The notes under the pieces are model-generated. The model was not told the DNA's origin. It ran no database searches and was given only the letters and a program-made list of their open reading frames with translations. From Tidjanibacter sp. (lineage in GTDB: Bacteria > Bacteroidota > Bacteroidia > Bacteroidales > Rikenellaceae): a stretch of DNA of 51,371 bases. Shown here piece after piece: positions 43,621 through 51,371 of the stretch (position 1 is its first letter; the number at the start of each line of letters is the position of its first letter). The DNA lies in the NCBI GenBank assembly GCA_017628305.1, contig JAGBZI010000097.1, positions 1 to 51,371 on the forward strand, in the 5' to 3' direction. Made by a program: the position numbers and the translations under genes.

Positions 43621-45642
43621 ATGAAGAGATTTTTATTGCTCGCCATCCTTTTCACCATTCTTGGCTCATTTGCCACACTGAATGCCCAGCAGGAAGATTA
43701 CACCCCACAGCAGATTGAACAGCTTAAGTCGTTGGCCAACAGCGGTGTGGTGGATGCCCAGTACGAATTGGCTTACCTCTACCTCACCGGTAGTGGCGCG
43801 GCAAATAATGAGGGCCTTGCTATCGAGTTGTTGCGCGAGGCGGCGCAGAGCAATTACCCTCCCGCACAGTTGTTGTATGGCACATGTCTGTATGAAGGTC
43901 TTGGGGTCTCCAAGGATATTGCTTTGGCTACCACATGGTTTCGCAAGTCCATTGAGGGTGGTGTGCTGACCAATGAGGTGTATGCCGAAAAGTTTGTCTT
44001 GGAGTCGGTGGCCGATTTGTTCTGTCAGTTGGGCTGTGTTTATATCGATGGAGATAAGGACGCGGGGATTGGTGAAAACAGTGTGGAGGCACTCTATTGG
44101 TTGCACCATGCGAGTGAATTGGGTAGCTTGAAGGCCGACTATGAGATTGCAATGATTTATTGTTTTGGTAAGGGGGTGGAGGAAAATCGCCCCGAGTCGT
44201 TTCGTTTTGCCCTAAAGGCGGCTGAGCAGGGATATCAACTGGCGCAATGTGCAGTGGGAGAGATGTACTACTATGGCTGGGGAGTGGAGCGAAATATCCC
44301 CGAGGCAGAACGGTGGTATCGCAAAGCGATTGAAGGACTTGAGGTGTCGGAGTACGAAGATTACTATGAAGATTATTTCTACTATGAAGGATATTTATAT
44401 GAAGGTATGTCCAATAGTATGATGAGCGAGTTGTGTGCGCGCTTTTGCTACGGTATCGGACTGCCGCAGGACCTCGAGAAAGGGCGATTTTGGTACGATA
44501 AGTTGCTCGATATTGAATGTACAACGGCTATGCTTACAGCCATAATGTATGGAGCGCCACGAGAGAGTGTCATCAATAACACCAGTGCGGAGAGTCATTG
44601 GGATAGGAGTTATATTGACAATGGGCTGCTGAAGGTGCTTTGCGAGCCCGATACCGCCGACGCACAGGCTGTCGAGGAGCCCAGTGTGGCGGCCGCACAG
44701 GCTGCCGAGGAGCAGAAGGCTACATCGTCGAACACTCCTGAGACCTCCACCAAACTCCGCGCGTTCAAACCTCTTGAGCCGGTGCTCAAATGGTTTGGCG
44801 AATACCACGGTATAGACAACACCATCTATGCGGAGGCTGTCGCAGGATATGCGCTCTCGGGCAAATGGGCCCCCATGACGGGTGTCAATTTGGGCCTCTT
44901 TTGGGAGGATAATTATGGACGCTTGGGCCTTCACACCTCATTTGGTGTGATGGGTGGATTCGATAGTTGGGGCTTCCGACTCGGACCCGTTGTGCGCTTT
45001 GGCGACTATTTGGACATGGTTGAGGTGCAACTCTATGGCGGTGTGGGTCCCCATTGGGATACTCGTGATGTAGGGCTCGAAGAGTTTGAAACCAAGTGCC
45101 ACTTCTCGGGCGATGTGGGCCTGAGGTTCAACTTTCAGGAGTATTCGGAGTTTCAGGCTTTCTGCATGTCGAGTCTGTCGGTGGGATGCCAATTTATGAT
45201 GGGCGAGGTGGTGCCCACAGTGGGTATATCGCTGTGGCCCGAGGTGTTGTTCGACGACTACTTCGACATTGACTTTTTCGACTGGGATTTAGGCTGGGAT
45301 TTAGGCTGGGGTGATAACGGCTATACCTTTGTGTGTGAGGCCATGACCGCCTTTGGCGACGGATTTTTGGCGGGTGCTTCGGTGGCACTCATGCCCTCCA
45401 AGATTGGTTGGTATGCCACGATGCTGGGGGCGATTAACTCTAATGGGGACAACTTTACAACAGGTCCTGTCTGGAGCATGCTCGACGGAGCACTGTCGTT
45501 CTATGGCGGCTTCGGTACGGTGGATGGCGACTTCGGTATGGACTTAGGTATGAGGCTCATAGGCAACTATTCGTTGAGCCTTGGTCTGCAAACCAATGCT
45601 GACACTTCGTTTGTGACCGTCGGTTACGGTTTTGCATTTTAA
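43621..45642 (+). CDS. Sel1-like repeat protein with C-terminal outer-membrane beta-barrel-like region
   Basis: Signal peptide; SLR repeats (AQYELAYLYLTG, GLGVSKD, GKGVEEN, AAEQGYQLAQ, GWGVERN); Ala/Glu linker; amphipathic strands ending VTVGYGFAF; promoter TAACTTTG 43558-65. Confidence 0.82.
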   Translation: MKRFLLLAILFTILGSFATLNAQQEDYTPQQIEQLKSLANSGVVDAQYELAYLYLTGSGAANNEGLAIELLREAAQSNYPPAQLLYGTCLYEGLGVSKDIALATTWFRKSIEGGVLTNEVYAEKFVLESVADLFCQLGCVYIDGDKDAGIGENSVEALYWLHHASELGSLKADYEIAMIYCFGKGVEENRPESFRFALKAAEQGYQLAQCAVGEMYYYGWGVERNIPEAERWYRKAIEGLEVSEYEDYYEDYFYYEGYLYEGMSNSMMSELCARFCYGIGLPQDLEKGRFWYDKLLDIECTTAMLTAIMYGAPRESVINNTSAESHWDRSYIDNGLLKVLCEPDTADAQAVEEPSVAAAQAAEEQKATSSNTPETSTKLRAFKPLEPVLKWFGEYHGIDNTIYAEAVAGYALSGKWAPMTGVNLGLFWEDNYGRLGLHTSFGVMGGFDSWGFRLGPVVRFGDYLDMVEVQLYGGVGPHWDTRDVGLEEFETKCHFSGDVGLRFNFQEYSEFQAFCMSSLSVGCQFMMGEVVPTVGISLWPEVLFDDYFDIDFFDWDLGWDLGWGDNGYTFVCEAMTAFGDGFLAGASVALMPSKIGWYATMLGAINSNGDNFTTGPVWSMLDGALSFYGGFGTVDGDFGMDLGMRLIGNYSLSLGLQTNADTSFVTVGYGFAF

Positions 45643-45660
45643 CCTCAATCCACCAACCGC

Positions 45661-45700
45661 ACTAAAAGCCTCGGAGCCCCTTCGCCCCGAGGCTTTTAGT
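45661..45700. terminator. Bidirectional terminator
   Basis: ACTAAAAGCCTCGG-N12-CCGAGGCTTTTAGT. Confidence 0.85.
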
Positions 45701-45718
45701 GTATGGCGGGGAGAGGGG

Positions 45719-46297
45719 CTACTCCTCCACAATGACCATGTCGACCTCCCAGTAGGGCGAGGCGCATTGGCGCATCAGGCGAAGGATGATGGCGTCGTCG
45801 AGGCGTGAGTAGACTGCGTCCCACACAAACCTCTGCATCGACCCATACAGAGCGTTCACCTTCTCCGTGAAGCAGCGGTAGAAGGCCTCCTGCTGGCCCA
45901 CAGGAAGTCCCGCGGGAAGTATCTCCATGTCGACCAAGCGACCGTAAGGGAAGATGTAGCGCATGCGCTCCGGTGTGGCCTTCAGCTCCCCGGCAATTGT
46001 GGTGACGATGACCATCTCCACACTGTCGCCCACCATGGGCATCTCGATGAACTCCACATAGTTGGGCCACTCCGCCTCCAGAAGGTCGGCAATCTCCCCA
46101 GCAAAGAGTGTAAACTCCGCCTCGGAGAGTGCGTTGAGGTAGGCAATCTCGCGCCACTCGCGAATCATCTCGCGTGCTTCGCGTCGCTGCTCCTCGTTCC
46201 ACCTCTGCTTGCGGGTGCACGACGAGAGCCACAGGCACGACCCCGCAAGGAGGACTACAAGGGCCACAATAATCTTCTTCGTAGATTTCTGTTGCAT
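45719..46297 (-). CDS. Hypothetical exported protein or lipoprotein
   Basis: Lys-rich N-terminus, hydrophobic stretch, LSS-C; genome-typical codon style. Confidence 0.7.
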   Translation of the reverse strand: MQQKSTKKIIVALVVLLAGSCLWLSSCTRKQRWNEEQRREAREMIREWREIAYLNALSEAEFTLFAGEIADLLEAEWPNYVEFIEMPMVGDSVEMVIVTTIAGELKATPERMRYIFPYGRLVDMEILPAGLPVGQQEAFYRCFTEKVNALYGSMQRFVWDAVYSRLDDAIILRLMRQCASPYWEVDMVIVEE

Positions 46298-46378
46298 AGT
46301 TTTCCGTTGGTTTGGTTAATTAATGTCGTTGTGTCGCCCCTATGCCACGCAACTTTCGGGCCAAAGCCGGCTGCCAAC

Positions 46379-46411
46379 AAAAAACGGAGAGCCCCATCAG
46401 AGTTCTCCGTT
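46379..46411 (-). terminator. Terminator after rsmA
   Basis: AAAAAACGGAGAGC...GTTCTCCGTT. Confidence 0.65.
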
Positions 46412-46435
46412 CTCGTTGCTATCCTATCGGTTGTT

Positions 46436-47299
46436 CTATCCGATTTTCTCGTCTATCCAATTAGTGAGTTCTATGTAGTCGGCCACGGTGAGTGCCTCGG
46501 CACGCAGGCCGAAGAAGCGGTGTTCCTCGCCGCCGAGGTCGCCAAACACAGCCTTCAGGGGGGTCTTGAGCATCTTGCGGCGCTGGCTGAAGGCGGCCTT
46601 CACAACCTTCACAAACAGCTCCTCATCGCACCCCAGCGAGGTGACGCCGTTGCGCCTCATCCTCACCACCGCGCTCTTCACCTTTGGGGGAGGGTTGAAG
46701 ACATCTTCGTGCACCGTGAAGAGGTACTCGATGTCGTACCACGCCTGCATCAACACACTCAGGATGCCATAGTCCCTGTTGCCTGCGGGAGAGGCTATGC
46801 GCAGTGCCACCTCTCGCTGCACCATGCCCACCACCTCGGGGATTAAATCCTTGTAGTCGAGCACCTTGAAGAATATCTGCGAGGATATGTTGTAGGGGAA
46901 ATTGCCGATGACCTTCAGCCCCTCGGGGAACATCTCGCCCAAGGGAAGGTTGAGGAAGTCGCCGAAGATGAGCCTCGGGGCAAAGGCAGGGTAGTGGTTG
47001 TGGAGATACTCCACGCTTTCGCCATCCACTTCGGCACCCCACACCTCGATGTCCTCCCTCTGGAGCAGGAATTGGGTGAGCACACCTGTGCCACAGCCCA
47101 CCTCCAACACTCGCCCGCCACCCTCAATGGCTTCGGCAATGCTGCGTGCCACACCCATGTCGGTGAGGAAGTGCTGACCGAGTGCCTTCTTGGGCCTCAC
47201 ATAGTCGGGGTTATGGGGGGCGATAGCTCTGCTGCTCCTTGCTCCCTTGCCGCCACCACTCTTGCGCGAGTGGGCTTTGTTATAGCTTTTAGTTGCCAT
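46436..47299 (-). CDS. rsmA: 16S rRNA m6(2)A1518/A1519 dimethyltransferase
   Basis: KKALGQHFL, VLEVGCGTG, GNFPYNISS, VQREVA, FNPPPKVKSAV, FSQRRK; start ATG 47299. Confidence 0.97.
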   Translation of the reverse strand: MATKSYNKAHSRKSGGGKGARSSRAIAPHNPDYVRPKKALGQHFLTDMGVARSIAEAIEGGGRVLEVGCGTGVLTQFLLQREDIEVWGAEVDGESVEYLHNHYPAFAPRLIFGDFLNLPLGEMFPEGLKVIGNFPYNISSQIFFKVLDYKDLIPEVVGMVQREVALRIASPAGNRDYGILSVLMQAWYDIEYLFTVHEDVFNPPPKVKSAVVRMRRNGVTSLGCDEELFVKVVKAAFSQRRKMLKTPLKAVFGDLGGEEHRFFGLRAEALTVADYIELTNWIDEKIG

Positions 47300-47361
47300 C
47301 CGAACTCTCTGTGTTGTTAGTTGTGCGAACGCCAATGTTCACCCCGCAAAAATATCAATAA

Positions 47362-47431
47362 AAGTTGAATGTTGAAAGCTGAAAATATGGGATTGCGGGT
47401 GGAATGCCCGTAACTCTCAACTCTCAACAAT
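47362..47431. repeat. Inverted heptamer arrays flanking a hairpin
   Basis: aagttga atgttga aagctga ... TTGCGGGT-GGAAT-GCCCGTAA ... taactct caactct caacaat. Confidence 0.7.
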
Positions 47432-47459
47432 AAAGGCGGCCCTTTGTGGCCGCTTTTAC
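47431..47459 (-). terminator. Terminator after recQ
   Basis: TAAAGGCGGCC-CTTTGT-GGCCGCTTTTA. Confidence 0.75.
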
Positions 47460-47461
47460 TG

Positions 47462-49654
47462 TTAGTGTCCCTGCTCGCAGAGGAACTTGATGCGCACCAA
47501 ACGCACCTCCTCCTCCGTGAAGTCGTCGCCGAGCTCCTCCATAGCCTCCTCGAGGCTGTCGCTCTGGGCATCCTCCTTGAAGTAGAGGTATATCTCCTCG
47601 GCCTTATCCTCGTCGACCACTTGGTCGATGTAGTAGCTGATGTCGAGCCCCGTACCCGAGTTGACAATCGACTCGATTTCTCCCAGCAACTCCTCCATCT
47701 CCAGCCCCTTAGCATGGGCGATGTCTTCGAAGTCCATCTTGCGGTCGATACTCTGGATGATGAAGACCTTGTTGCCGCTCTTGTTCACAACACTCTTTAC
47801 CACCAGGTCCTGTGGCCTGATAATCTCCTTCTCCTCCACATAGGCGGCAATGAGCTTCACAAACTCCTCGCCAAACCTCTTGGCCTTGCCGGCACCCACA
47901 CCGCTGATGTTCTGCAACTCCTCGATAGTGATGGGATACTGAATCGACATATCCTCCAGCGAGGGGTCTTGGAAGATTACGAAGGGGGGAAGGTTATTTT
48001 TGGCTGCCACCTTCTTGCGCAGGTCTTTGAGCATGGCAAAGAGCTCCTCGTCGGCCACAGCATTCTTGCCGCCAGCCATGGGGTCGTCGGCCGAATCCTC
48101 GTTGTAGTCGTGGTCGAGGGTGATGGTTATGGGGTAGGGCTTGTCGAGATACTCCGCACCCTTTTCACTGAGCGACAGCAGGCCGTAGTTCTCGATATTC
48201 TTGTCAATGAATCCCTCGAAGAGTCCCTTGCGGACAATGGCGCCCCAGAACTTCTCGTCGTGCTCGCTGCCCACACCAAACAACTCTATCTTATTATGCC
48301 CATAGGACTTAATCATAGAGGTGTTTTTGCCCACCAGCACGGCTGTCAGATACTCGGCCTTGAACTTGGGACCGATGGCCTCCAGCACCTCGAGGGCTGT
48401 GCACATGTGTTTCTGGGCGTTAATCTTTGGCTTGGGATTGAGGCAGTTGTCGCAAGCTCCGCAGTTCTCCTCGGTGTACTCCTCGCCGAAGTAGTGGAGG
48501 AGGTTCTTGCGGCGACACACCGAACTCTCGGCATAGACCACCGTCTCCAGCAACAATAAGCGACCAATCTCCTGCTCGGCCACAGGCTTGCCCTGCATGA
48601 ACTTCTCCAACTTCTGGATGTCCTTATAACTATAAAAGGTAATACACCTTCCCTCGCCGCCGTCGCGACCCGCGCGACCCGTCTCCTGATAGTAGCCCTC
48701 CAAACTCTTGGGAATGTCGTAGTGGATGACATATCTCACATCGGGTTTGTCGATACCCATGCCAAAGGCAATGGTCGCCACAATCACATCGGCCTGCTCC
48801 ATGAGAAAGGCGTCTTGGTTGTTGGCGCGGGCTGCACCATCCATGCCGGCGTGGTAGGGGAGAGCCTTCACACCATTAGCCACAAGCAACTCGGCGAGCT
48901 CCTCCACCTTCTTTCTCGAGAGGCAGTAGATAATGCCGCTCTTGCCGGGGTTTTGCTTCACAAAGCGGATGATGTCCCTGTTTACATCGTTTTTGGGGCG
49001 GATTTCATAGTAGAGGTTGGGGCGGTTGAACGACGACTTGAAGACCTTGGCATCCATCATGCCGAGGTTCTTCTGGATGTCGAACTGCACCTTGGGGGTT
49101 GCCGTTGCGGTGAGTGCCATGATGGGGGCACGACCGATGTCGTTCACAATGGGGCGTATGCGCCTATACTCGGGGCGGAAATCGTGGCCCCACTCGGAGA
49201 TGCAGTGTGCCTCGTCGATGGCATAGAAGGAGATTTTGATTTTGCGAAGAAAGGCAACATTCTCCTCCTTGGTGAGTGACTCGGGAGCGAAGTAGAGGAG
49301 CTTGGTTTTGCCGGCCAACACATCGTTCTTGACCTGTGTTACGGCCGCCTTGTTGAGCGAGGAGTTGAGGAAGTGGGCGATGCCATCCTCCATGCTGAAG
49401 GTGCGCATGGCATCCACCTGATTCTTCATCAGTGCAATAAGGGGCGAGATGATGATGGCCACACCATCCATCATAAGCGCCGGAAGCTGGTAGCAGAGGC
49501 TCTTGCCGCCGCCGGTGGGCATAAGTACAAATGTATCCTCACCCGCCAGCACATTGCGGATGACATTTTCCTGATTTCCCTTGAAGGCCGAAAAACCGAA
49601 ATACTCCTTCAGTTTGGCCAAAAGTTCTTCGCTTTTATACTCCTTTTTCTCCAT
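47462..49654 (-). CDS. recQ: DNA helicase RecQ
   Basis: MPTGGGKSLCYQLP, DEAHCISEWGHDFRP, YQETGRAGRDG, CRR...CGACDNC, RQC and HRDC (PPFVIF) domains. Confidence 0.97.
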   Translation of the reverse strand: MEKKEYKSEELLAKLKEYFGFSAFKGNQENVIRNVLAGEDTFVLMPTGGGKSLCYQLPALMMDGVAIIISPLIALMKNQVDAMRTFSMEDGIAHFLNSSLNKAAVTQVKNDVLAGKTKLLYFAPESLTKEENVAFLRKIKISFYAIDEAHCISEWGHDFRPEYRRIRPIVNDIGRAPIMALTATATPKVQFDIQKNLGMMDAKVFKSSFNRPNLYYEIRPKNDVNRDIIRFVKQNPGKSGIIYCLSRKKVEELAELLVANGVKALPYHAGMDGAARANNQDAFLMEQADVIVATIAFGMGIDKPDVRYVIHYDIPKSLEGYYQETGRAGRDGGEGRCITFYSYKDIQKLEKFMQGKPVAEQEIGRLLLLETVVYAESSVCRRKNLLHYFGEEYTEENCGACDNCLNPKPKINAQKHMCTALEVLEAIGPKFKAEYLTAVLVGKNTSMIKSYGHNKIELFGVGSEHDEKFWGAIVRKGLFEGFIDKNIENYGLLSLSEKGAEYLDKPYPITITLDHDYNEDSADDPMAGGKNAVADEELFAMLKDLRKKVAAKNNLPPFVIFQDPSLEDMSIQYPITIEELQNISGVGAGKAKRFGEEFVKLIAAYVEEKEIIRPQDLVVKSVVNKSGNKVFIIQSIDRKMDFEDIAHAKGLEMEELLGEIESIVNSGTGLDISYYIDQVVDEDKAEEIYLYFKEDAQSDSLEEAMEELGDDFTEEEVRLVRIKFLCEQGH

Positions 49655-49741
49655 ACTGTTCACTCTTTTTCGCAAATAGCAATACTAAAGTAGTCATTTT
49701 TTCGGAAATTCGAGTAACTTTGTCGAAAATTTTTGCAAAAA

Positions 49742-50482
49742 ATGAAGTTATACACCTCCGATTTAGTCAAAAAGTATAAGAGCCGTACCGTTGTAAACCA
49801 TGTTTCCATCGATGTGAAGCAGGGCGAGATTGTGGGTCTGCTCGGCCCCAATGGCGCGGGTAAAACCACCACTTTCTATATGATTGTGGGGCTGGTGAAG
49901 CCCAACGACGGCCGCATCTTCCTCGAGGACGAGGATGGCATCACCACAGAGATTACCAAAATGCCTGTCTATAAGCGTGCGCAGATGGGTGTGGGCTACC
50001 TCGCACAGGAGGCCTCCGTGTTCCGTAACCTCACGGTGGAGGACAACCTCCGTGCTGTGTTGGAGATGACGGGCTACTCCAAGGAGTACCAGCGTCAGAG
50101 GGTGGAGGAGCTGATTGAGGAGTTCCGCCTCCAGAAGGTGCGTAAGAATATGGGTATCCAGCTATCGGGTGGTGAGCGCAGGCGTACGGAGATTGCGAGG
50201 GCGGTGGCCATTAACCCCAAGTTTATCCTCCTCGACGAGCCCTTTGCGGGTGTCGACCCCATTGCTGTGGAGGATATTCAGAGCATTGTGCGCACGCTGA
50301 AGGATAAGAATATCGGAGTGATTATCACCGACCACAATGTTCACGAGACCCTCTCGATTACGGACCGCACCTACCTGCTCTTTGAGGGCAAGGTGCTCAA
50401 GGCGGGTAGTGCCGAGGACCTCGCCAACGACGAGGAGGTTCGCAGGGTCTACCTTGGTCAGGACTTCAAACTCAACAGATAA
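49742..50482 (+). CDS. lptB: LPS export ABC transporter ATP-binding protein
   Basis: [46 protein letters not shown]. Confidence 0.97.
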   Translation: MKLYTSDLVKKYKSRTVVNHVSIDVKQGEIVGLLGPNGAGKTTTFYMIVGLVKPNDGRIFLEDEDGITTEITKMPVYKRAQMGVGYLAQEASVFRNLTVEDNLRAVLEMTGYSKEYQRQRVEELIEEFRLQKVRKNMGIQLSGGERRRTEIARAVAINPKFILLDEPFAGVDPIAVEDIQSIVRTLKDKNIGVIITDHNVHETLSITDRTYLLFEGKVLKAGSAEDLANDEEVRRVYLGQDFKLNR

Positions 50483-50485
50483 GTG

Positions 50486-50514
50486 AAAAGGCCGAGCTTG
50501 GCTCGGCCTTTTTT
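50486..50514 (+). terminator. Terminator after lptB
   Basis: AAAAGGCCGAGC-TTG-GCTCGGCCTTTTTT. Confidence 0.88.
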
Positions 50515-50632
50515 GCTGCTTTGGAATTCAAAAAAAGGGCGTTGGCGCGCAGCTATTGCTTATCTGCTCCTCCTTGCGGGCCTCTTCGGCTCCCCTTTAA
50601 AGCCCCTTTTGCGCTGATTCGTAGCGAAAAGG

Positions 50633-50683
50633 TGAAAATTTTGAATTCTGAATTTTGTATTTTGAATTTTATTTGTATCTTTG
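50633..50683 (+). promoter_or_regulatory. rpsF promoter built on a heptamer array
   Basis: aattttg aattctg aattttg tattttg aatttta; TTTG 50654-57, 18 nt, TATCTTTG 50676-83. Confidence 0.72.
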
Positions 50684-50728
50684 CGCCCGCATTTGGTATG
50701 CAATAAACACTTTTAAACAAAAAACATT

Positions 50729-51121
50729 ATGAACAATTACGAAACCGTTTTCATTGCCACCCCCGTTCTTTCGGAGGCTCAGCTTGACGAGCTGTTTGGC
50801 AAATTCCAAGGTGTTATCACCGAGAACGGCGGTCAGATCGTAAATGCAGAGGCTTGGGGCTTGAAGAAGCTCGCTTATGCTATCCAGAAGAAGACCACCG
50901 GTTACTATTTCCTCATCGAGTTCACTGGCGAGGGCGACCTCATCGAGAAACTTGAGAAGCAGTATCGTCGCGACGAGCGCGTTATCCGTTTCCTCTCGTT
51001 CCGTCAGGACAAACACGCAGTTGAGTACTCGATCAAACGCCGCAACAAACTTGCCGGCAAAGTTAACGCTGAGGTTGAGGCCGAGGCAAATGTTGAACCC
51101 GTAGTAGCAGAGGAGGCATAA
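50729..51121 (+). CDS. rpsF: 30S ribosomal protein S6
   Basis: [31 protein letters not shown]. Confidence 0.98.
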   Translation: MNNYETVFIATPVLSEAQLDELFGKFQGVITENGGQIVNAEAWGLKKLAYAIQKKTTGYYFLIEFTGEGDLIEKLEKQYRRDERVIRFLSFRQDKHAVEYSIKRRNKLAGKVNAEVEAEANVEPVVAEEA

Positions 51122-51124
51122 ATC

Positions 51125-51371
51125 ATGGCAGCACCTGTAAAGAACGATAGCGAGATCCGCTACCTCAACCCCGTATCGGTTGATGTTAAGAAGAAAAAAT
51201 ATTGCCGTTTCAAAAAGAGCGGTATCAAATACATCGACTACAAAGATGGCGAGTTCCTGAAGAAGTTCCTCAACGAGCAGGGTAAGATTCTTCCCCGTCG
51301 TTTGACCGGTACTTCGCAGAAATACCAGAAGAAAGTGGCTCAGGCTGTTAAGCGTGCTCGCCACCTCGCAA
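51125..51371 (+). CDS. rpsR: 30S ribosomal protein S18 (runs off window end)
   Basis: Own translation: [16 protein letters not shown]...[19 protein letters not shown]...[30 protein letters not shown]. Confidence 0.98.
   Translation, partial: MAAPVKNDSEIRYLNPVSVDVKKKKYCRFKKSGIKYIDYKDGEFLKKFLNEQGKILPRRLTGTSQKYQKKVAQAVKRARHLA

Noticed and set aside
43106-43624. Short ORFs across the repeat array (85, 88, 74 and 60 aa)
   Set aside because: They are translations of the palindromic repeats in several frames, and indels between copies break the frame
50515-50632. Possible ncRNA between the lptB terminator and the rpsF promoter (AAAAGGGC...GCCCCTTTT)
   Set aside because: Only a short terminal pairing, with no promoter or recognisable family; the 61-aa ORF there is also unsupported
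51125-51371. S18 lacking a complete zinc-binding CxxC motif (YCRFK)
   Set aside because: This is the normal form of S18 in Bacteroidetes

Overview
Chromosomal, mostly housekeeping window from a Bacteroidales bacterium. The taxon is inferred: TAnnTTTG/TTTG promoters, A-rich leaders without Shine-Dalgarno sites and the protein families suggest a Rikenellaceae/Alistipes-like gut or rumen organism. It holds about 37 CDS, including two SPFH loci, perR-rubrerythrin, glgB, divergent addA/addB-like genes, glnA, a DPP5-like peptidase, gcvP, tandem FKBPs, the carboxy(nor)spermidine pathway, rsmA, recQ, lptB and rpsF-rpsR. There are three tRNAs (Pro-TGG, Pro-CGG, Lys-TTT) and many intrinsic terminators. 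No integrase, transposase, CRISPR array or recognisable defence system is visible. The most unusual signals are: (1) a three-copy, about 105-125 bp palindromic repeat array fused to the tRNA-Lys 3' end, followed by a Sel1-repeat/double beta-barrel-like protein; (2) a 48-aa Tyr/Gly/Asn prion-like insert in the flap of an FKBP lipoprotein; (3) an (AT)7 microsatellite inside a receptor promoter plus a C11 tract; (4) a family of inverted 7-mer/9-mer repeat elements, some supplying promoter -33 boxes; (5) a symmetric bidirectional promoter between addA and addB; (6) an SPFH-RHH-CPBP operon with a candidate operator; (7) an orphan phage-lysis-type gene. All family calls come from motif recognition by eye, with no database search. 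Several start codons were moved downstream of the ORF-track starts.
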